From the IMG/VR virus record IMGVR_UViG_3300025723_000013: a stretch of DNA of 64,000 nt. One strand, written 5' to 3'. The DNA comes from a virus (taxonomy: Duplodnaviria; Caudoviricetes). Positions 58,625 through 64,000 of the stretch are shown here, piece after piece. Each line of letters opens with the position of its first letter. Position 1 is the first letter of the stretch. Made by a program: the position numbers and the translations under genes. The notes below the pieces were generated by a model. The model saw only the letters and a program-made list of their open reading frames with translations, was not told where the DNA came from and ran no database searches.

Positions 58625-61327
58625 TTATTCAAAGCTAAACAAACTGCTAAACGTATTTTCTTGAGTGGTAGATTCTAGATCCCAATCCAGTACACCGATC
58701 AAATTGTCTAGTTTATTATTAATGATAGCCGATTCCATGGCAGAATGATCAAATGGCAGTTCTTGAAACCACTTGGGTAATCTCAATTCGTCAACCGGAT
58801 ACGCAACGCTGGTAAAGCCAATGGGATTATCTTTAAGTTTGCAAACAATCACCTTCATTCCGTCCACGATTTGCATTGAATACTTGTCGCCATTCATGCG
58901 TCTTAGCGTATTCCAATTGATAGATGCTCTAACATGTCCGGGCATGTTTGCTTTACCTGCTTTTTCTTCCTTGATTTGATATTCAGCAATGTTGTTGGCA
59001 CGTTTAGGACTACCTTTTTCCCAACCCGGGCGTGCCTTGAACTCTGTGCGAAATTCTGAAATCATGTCTAAGATTTCTTTTTCTCCAGAACCGTTCAATA
59101 CTTTATTTAGAATTTCACTAAGGAAGTTTTGCATAAATTCTGGAGTGTCACTTCTTTTAAGATCCAACCCCATGGCTTTGATCTTGCCAGGTTTTCCATC
59201 AATGTCTTGACGTTTTCCGTCTTTGTCATAATAAAGCACAGCATATCTTTTCTTGGTAATGAATAGCCCTTTAATAGCAACGATTTCTCTGCCTGCCCGT
59301 ATAACATCTCCTCGCTTTTTGGGTGTATGAAAGGCATCCAACATCATTTGCGGAAATGTTGAATTAACTTCTTCAGCCACTGTATTATACAGTTGTATCA
59401 CCGTGTCCTTATCCCAAGGCAACAGTCCTTTTTGTATTTCATTTTTTAAGGTAGTGTAGGCAGTAAAATAGGCACTGTCAGTGTCGCCGTAAATAATAGC
59501 CTTGCCAACATGATCATATTCACCGGTGATTATTTCGTTGATCTTGGCCGCCATGTGTTTTGCGATTCTACGACCCGTGAGCGTGGTAGATTGTCCGATC
59601 CTGTTATCAAAAAATCTGCATCCAGCATTGAGAATAGCTCCGTATAGGCTGTTGAGATTGATCTTTTTCACTAGCTGACGTTTATCCCAATATTCCTCTT
59701 GGATTTTATTTCCAGCATCAATGGCTTCTTTGAGCTTTTTCTGCATTTCTTTACGTTCTTTATACCAACGCGCAAGCAAGCCTGGAATAATTCCTTCTTT
59801 TTCAAACGTAAAAATAGTGCCGTTAGCACTTAGTACCCAGGGGTTATTGCTTTCAAAAATCAATTCGTAAATTTGTGCGCCACTCAGCATGTCATGCCGC
59901 CCATCTTCCCAGTCGATGATGATTTCTTTTACTCGATCCTTGGACATGACCAGTTCATATTCATTGCTGCCGAATTTTCCTTCCCAAGCCAGAGCAAATT
60001 TACCACCATTTTTTGCCATCTTGGTTTCAATTTCTAACTTGGTATACTGTTGTCGCAATTGGCCTATAATGGTTTCTGGGCCCATGTTTAATGCGCGAAT
60101 TACGGAAGGATATAGACTGTTGATGTCCATGGATCCAATCCAATCATGTAATCCTTTTTTAGGATAGGCTACATATGCGCCCGCAGCTTTATCATCTGTT
60201 GAACTATTTTCTTCGTCATCATCGATAGATTCTTTGTCTTTTTTTGCTCGACTTGGGACGATTAATCCCAAGTGATGTGCTTCGTTGATAATTGCCTGTT
60301 CGGTCACTGCCACGGCGCCCATGGTAGTTTTGAGTAGCACAGTGTTTTCGTGAGCAATGCTGTTGGCCAAATCAATAAATTTTAATTTTTTATCTAGTTT
60401 ATCTAGCAGTGCGCAGTCTTGCCTATTATATTCAATAAATTTGCGAAAATCATTATTATAAAGTTGATCAAGTGTACCTTCATAGACCGTTTTAGTTTCA
60501 CCTAATTCATAGTCTGCAATGGCATCGAGACGATAACTGTGACGTTCTTCGTATGTGTACTTTCTATAAAGCTCTAGGCTGTCCAGATGTACCCGGCCTA
60601 CCAAATCATATGTCATGGCTGCCTTGCCGTATTTTTCATATTCTCGCTTTTTAGGCATTTGATCCCATAGACAAAATCTACGTGTATCTTCTTTACTAAG
60701 TACCTTGATTACTCGATTAACGGTATAAGGTATATCAAACCCTTCGCTGTTCCATCCGCTGAGTACATCAGCATCGTCGATGAGATTTAAAAACGTGTCC
60801 AACATTTCATATTCTGTTTCAAACAGCATGGTGTTAGGAAATTCTTTTACCTGCTCTTCGGCCTCTGCCATGGTTAATGTTTTAGGCGGTACAGCAAGAC
60901 ATACCAGAGTATCCAACCATTGTAAATGCACAGCGATCGCGGTGATTGGCATAAATGCATCGCTTGGACTAGCATATCCACGTTCTGGATCAAAATCTAC
61001 CTCAATATCAAAGAACGCTACGTTAAGTTTTGGAGCATCTTTTCCTAGATAGTTTTCTTCAAGACATCGAAAAATGGGATTCATATCGCTTTCAAAAAGT
61101 TTGCGATTTCCATGTATGCGTTGTTCCTTGGTATGCTCTTTCCAACTCTTAGATACAACCTTGACCAATGACTGACCAAAGATACTTGTGTATTTGCCTT
61201 TGGGATCTGGATAATAGAAAAGATATCTTGCTGGATATGTTTGATATATTCGACCTTTGATAGGATCACGTTCAACGACATTGACAATATCGCTGTCACG
61301 ATCCCATAAGGAATCTACGTAACTCAT
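58625..61327 (-). CDS. gp43: Family B DNA polymerase (gp43-like)
   Basis: ExoI FDIE, ExoII GWNSEGFD, ExoIII YNRQD; polymerase motifs DINSLYPS, KINLNSLYG and YGDTDS. Confidence 0.97.
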   Translation of the reverse strand: MSYVDSLWDRDSDIVNVVERDPIKGRIYQTYPARYLFYYPDPKGKYTSIFGQSLVKVVSKSWKEHTKEQRIHGNRKLFESDMNPIFRCLEENYLGKDAPKLNVAFFDIEVDFDPERGYASPSDAFMPITAIAVHLQWLDTLVCLAVPPKTLTMAEAEEQVKEFPNTMLFETEYEMLDTFLNLIDDADVLSGWNSEGFDIPYTVNRVIKVLSKEDTRRFCLWDQMPKKREYEKYGKAAMTYDLVGRVHLDSLELYRKYTYEERHSYRLDAIADYELGETKTVYEGTLDQLYNNDFRKFIEYNRQDCALLDKLDKKLKFIDLANSIAHENTVLLKTTMGAVAVTEQAIINEAHHLGLIVPSRAKKDKESIDDDEENSSTDDKAAGAYVAYPKKGLHDWIGSMDINSLYPSVIRALNMGPETIIGQLRQQYTKLEIETKMAKNGGKFALAWEGKFGSNEYELVMSKDRVKEIIIDWEDGRHDMLSGAQIYELIFESNNPWVLSANGTIFTFEKEGIIPGLLARWYKERKEMQKKLKEAIDAGNKIQEEYWDKRQLVKKINLNSLYGAILNAGCRFFDNRIGQSTTLTGRRIAKHMAAKINEIITGEYDHVGKAIIYGDTDSAYFTAYTTLKNEIQKGLLPWDKDTVIQLYNTVAEEVNSTFPQMMLDAFHTPKKRGDVIRAGREIVAIKGLFITKKRYAVLYYDKDGKRQDIDGKPGKIKAMGLDLKRSDTPEFMQNFLSEILNKVLNGSGEKEILDMISEFRTEFKARPGWEKGSPKRANNIAEYQIKEEKAGKANMPGHVRASINWNTLRRMNGDKYSMQIVDGMKVIVCKLKDNPIGFTSVAYPVDELRLPKWFQELPFDHSAMESAIINNKLDNLIGVLDWDLESTTQENTFSSLFSFE

Positions 61328-61339
61328 TTTATTCTCCCT

Positions 61340-61409
61340 GTGATTTATGGCTCACGTACCTTGATGCGATCATTTGTGGCTGATCAAACCTTTCTCTTGG
61401 TATATTTAT
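61340..61409 (-). promoter_or_regulatory. PolB leader: ATAAATA promoter-like motif and twin hairpins with GCCAYAAA loops next to the SD
   Basis: GAUCA-GCCACAAA-UGAUC (61368-61385) and GUGA-GCCAUAAA-UCAC (61340-61355), followed by A-GGGAG; TATTTAT at 61403-61409. Confidence 0.6.
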
Positions 61410-61411
61410 TT

Positions 61412-61681
61412 TTATTCGTCGCGTCGTGCAGCATGCCCGGTAATATCAAGGATAGTTTCCAATGTATCAAAACTATTCCAAACTTTATCCCAGTTGCCTT
61501 TTAATGCGATGTTGATGGCTTTTTTGATATCTGCGGCAGAAATATCTAGTTCTTCTGCGATAGCTTTGATCGTATCGTTAAGTCCTTCGTTGAGAACTTG
61601 AATTTCTTGTTTAACTGTCACACCTTCGGATACGATCTGTTTAAGTTTTGCCTTTTCCGGTTCGCCAAATACTTTACTCAT
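61412..61681 (-). CDS. Small dsDNA-binding protein, T4 DsbA/GapR-like
   Basis: 89 aa; E.....LNEGLNDTIKAIAEELDISAADIKKAINIA pattern; AAGGAG SD. Confidence 0.55.
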   Translation of the reverse strand: MSKVFGEPEKAKLKQIVSEGVTVKQEIQVLNEGLNDTIKAIAEELDISAADIKKAINIALKGNWDKVWNSFDTLETILDITGHAARRDE

Positions 61682-61705
61682 TGTAATTATTCTCCTTGTA
61701 GAGAT

Positions 61706-61734
61706 AATATACTGTATTTGTCATTAACAGTCAA
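61706..61734 (-). promoter_or_regulatory. Sigma70-type promoter
   Basis: TTGACT-17 nt-TATATT upstream of ATG 61681. Confidence 0.6.
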
Positions 61735-62243
61735 CGATGGTTTCGGTTGATTGATTCTCTTGTGTGATGGATTTCGCCTTCTTCATGATTGCTAATTATA
61801 TAATCAACCACATTTACCAACATTCCTTTGGCTTGCGCGATTTTTTCAATTACCCATACCGGAAGTTTTTCATTTGGCTCTAGTGTATCACTTAACTCGG
61901 TTGAAACTCTCACAATGGTGTCAAGATCATTATGTATCATGCCAACTTCGTCATCGTATTCGCCATCATAATTATCTCTTTGATGCATTAGATCATCCAA
62001 TGCTTCTGATAATCCATTAATTTTTTTGGTAAGATGTGAAATTTCATCACGATAAACATTATTTTTTTCTTCCTGTAGTTTCTGATTCAAAGAAACTTCT
62101 AGATGTTCAGCAAAACTGAGAGAATTTTTATACTTGGATTCTCCTCTTTTTTCAGCTGCTTTTTTATCTTTATGCGGTCCAGATCCTGACGATCTTGAAT
62201 TTTTAGCTACAGGATTGTTTTTAGTTGGTGTTTTCTTTTTCAT
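61731..62243 (-). CDS. Hypothetical protein (basic N-terminus, acidic C-terminus), probable head-associated
   Basis: NPVAKN...GPHKDKK, then DDEVGM...LPVWVIEKIA. Confidence 0.65.
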   Translation of the reverse strand: MKKKTPTKNNPVAKNSRSSGSGPHKDKKAAEKRGESKYKNSLSFAEHLEVSLNQKLQEEKNNVYRDEISHLTKKINGLSEALDDLMHQRDNYDGEYDDEVGMIHNDLDTIVRVSTELSDTLEPNEKLPVWVIEKIAQAKGMLVNVVDYIISNHEEGEIHHTRESINRNHR

Positions 62244-62249
62244 AATTTT

Positions 62250-62750
62250 TTATCTCTTTATTGGAGCGCCAAAAATACTGCCCTTCATATCTAATCCATT
62301 TTTCGCAGTTCCATCTTTGTTTTTGGGTTGAATCGCTTTGGGCTGCGGAGGCGCTTTGGTTCCGCTATGTCCCGGAGTTCCTGTGTAGGATTTCTTACCT
62401 CTAGCGGAGCCAGGACTCAGTTGAGGATTTGGTACACTGGCAATACTGCCGGAGCTGGTAGCGCCAGCTGTGGCTGATTCGGTAACCGTATGCTCGTAGT
62501 TTTGTAACCAATTTTTAAATTGTTCAAAATTAAATTTACCACTTTGTATCAATCGAAAAATTTCTTCAAGACTCAATGCGGATTGATCCTCATTGCCTGA
62601 TCCTGATGCCCAGGCAGGAGTTCTTCTTGAAGGATAAGAATCTGTGCCATGATTGACTTTGGTTCCTAAACCAGTTCCGGGACCAGCAAGACTGTTGGCG
62701 TTGTATAATTCCGTTAACTCTGCACGGCTGATGATATTTTCAATCTTCAT
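62250..62750 (-). CDS. Hypothetical protein (MKIENII..E; TESATAGATSSGSIASV)
   Basis: Start reassigned to ATG 62750, which overlaps the end of the upstream gene. Confidence 0.65.
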   Translation of the reverse strand: MKIENIISRAELTELYNANSLAGPGTGLGTKVNHGTDSYPSRRTPAWASGSGNEDQSALSLEEIFRLIQSGKFNFEQFKNWLQNYEHTVTESATAGATSSGSIASVPNPQLSPGSARGKKSYTGTPGHSGTKAPPQPKAIQPKNKDGTAKNGLDMKGSIFGAPIKR

Positions 62751-63105
62751 TTTTATTCCATTGATTAACAGGACTGACTTTATGTACATCGCCGGCTTCT
62801 TTGCTGCCTTTATTAGACAATGTTTTTTGTTTGTAACCAAATTTCTTAATACTTTTATCAATAATTACATTATCGGCCGGAGAATATCCTACCATGACCA
62901 TGTCATCAACAAATTGACCGGTTGGAGGATAATCAAATTCGTCATCCGGAGCTCCTGCCATCATCACTCCTAATCTATATTTGTGATAATAGTTGTGAGG
63001 TCCATTGGGATCGGCCGGAACTCCCACGCTTGATACATTGGGGATGGCTTCTTTTTGATCCGATGCCCATGTTTGAGATTCTGTTAAAAGTTCGGAGATT
63101 TTCAT
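62740..63105 (-). CDS. Hypothetical protein, paralog of 63102-63527
   Basis: MKISELLTE; YRLG..MAGA...YS...S.E...VH..SPVNQWN. Confidence 0.7.
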   Translation of the reverse strand: MKISELLTESQTWASDQKEAIPNVSSVGVPADPNGPHNYYHKYRLGVMMAGAPDDEFDYPPTGQFVDDMVMVGYSPADNVIIDKSIKKFGYKQKTLSNKGSKEAGDVHKVSPVNQWNKNED

Positions 63106-63527
63106 TTCTTTTTCTTTTTAACTGTATTTTTAGGTAGGCCCGGATTCCAATTATTTACAGGACTTTTGGTATGCACCTGTTTATGTTCGGAGCTTTTATT
63201 AGCAGTCACATTGATCATGCGCCCGGCTCCTACCATGTCAGCTGCATTTTTAACCATGCCTACTTCGTGATCCGAGTAGGTGGTTATCATGGGATCACCT
63301 GCCATGGCACTTGCCGGCGGAGTAGGATAACTTTTATTTTTATCGCTGTGCGCTCCTGCCAGAGCCAAACCAAATCGATATTGAGTGTATGCACTGCCGC
63401 TGCTATTGTTCATGCTGATATCGGGCAAACTAATGTACCCTTTAATGGCAGTTTCGTGACCCGGAGGTAATGTCTTGGCGCTTGCTGTAGTATCTTTTAT
63501 CTCGTTTATAAATTCTCTGGCTCGCAT
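63102..63527 (-). CDS. Hypothetical protein, paralog of 62740-63105
   Basis: MRAREFINE; YRFG..LAGA...YS...SSE...VH..SPVNNWN. Confidence 0.7.
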   Translation of the reverse strand: MRAREFINEIKDTTASAKTLPPGHETAIKGYISLPDISMNNSSGSAYTQYRFGLALAGAHSDKNKSYPTPPASAMAGDPMITTYSDHEVGMVKNAADMVGAGRMINVTANKSSEHKQVHTKSPVNNWNPGLPKNTVKKKKK

Positions 63528-63530
63528 AAT

Positions 63531-63971
63531 TTATCCTTGTTTAATACTGCTTCTCAAGAACCATTCGTGTTTGAGATGAGCGTTTATTCTTTCAGCAAGG
63601 AAATTGCTTAATCCATGTTCACCTGCAGCCTCTGCGGCATCATAATTTTTCTTTAATATAATCTGCATTTTTTGACTGTCCAAAACAAGTTCTTCAACCA
63701 TTTCTTCCTTGCTAGGAACACGTCCTTCGTCATCAATTTTTGTCAATATATTCATATTGTAATAATTAGCAGGTACATAAGCACCTAATTTGCGGATGTT
63801 TTCGGCATAGGGATCTACAGCTTCATACACTTCTTCATATATTTTTTGGAAAAGTTTGTGAAATTCATAAAAATCAGGTCCTTCCACATTCCAATGAAAT
63901 CCGTGAACTTTTGTATAAAAATTAAAAGTAGCAGCAAGCCCAATACGGGTCAATTGAATAAGTTCGTTCAT
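63531..63971 (-). CDS. dps: Dps/ferritin-like DNA-protecting protein
   Basis: KVHGFHWNVEGPDFYEFHKLFQKIYEEV..AVDPYAENIRKLG; C-terminal HLKHEWFL. Confidence 0.9.
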   Translation of the reverse strand: MNELIQLTRIGLAATFNFYTKVHGFHWNVEGPDFYEFHKLFQKIYEEVYEAVDPYAENIRKLGAYVPANYYNMNILTKIDDEGRVPSKEEMVEELVLDSQKMQIILKKNYDAAEAAGEHGLSNFLAERINAHLKHEWFLRSSIKQG

Positions 63972-64000
63972 ATTAGGTCTCTTTATCTATAGGTTTTTCA

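Noticed and set aside
58625-61327. Intein or intron in PolB
   Set aside because: The 900-aa ORF is contiguous with normal spacing of exonuclease and polymerase motifs.
1-64000. Stop-codon reassignment (alternative genetic code), tRNA genes, CRISPR arrays
   Set aside because: Long genes are intact under code 11; TAA, TAG and TGA all act as stops, with ATGA overlaps. No cloverleaf or repeat-spacer pattern was seen by eye.

Overview
This window is a 64-kb internal segment of a large, AT-rich T4-like/jumbo myovirus genome. I found no tRNA, rRNA or CRISPR array. Left to right it carries: (i) the 5' end of a tape-measure-like gene, divergent from a gp26-like hub/chaperone pair linked by a candidate -1 frameshift; (ii) two low-complexity proteins, a ~450-nt highly structured non-coding region directly downstream of a GIY-YIG gene, a glycosyltransferase, a methyltransferase and an Hc1-like basic protein; (iii) gp46 fractured into two genes by an atypically split intein (37-aa N-fragment, 123-aa C-fragment) with a Vsr/DUF559-like endonuclease nested between the halves, then gp47 and a gp55-like late sigma factor; (iv) a + strand baseplate/tail operon (11165-42106) with gp53, hub, a gp5-like spike carrying a GH19 domain, gp25, gp6, a 4367-aa protein and four paralogous fibres; (v) a - strand metabolism/replication region with thyA, a truncated DHFR, an AAA ATPase/VWA pair, RNase H, a 7-deazaguanine cluster (queE, folE, queD-like, TGT/DpdA-like) interleaved with a glycosyltransferase, PRTase and HIT hydrolase, a sliding clamp, PolB with a twin-hairpin leader, small head-type proteins and Dps. 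The strongest candidates for undescribed biology are the large structured RNA with its GIY-YIG neighbour, the atypically split gp46 intein, and a possible glycosylated 7-deazaguanine DNA modification pathway. All calls rest on motif recognition by eye; no database searches or folding programs were run.
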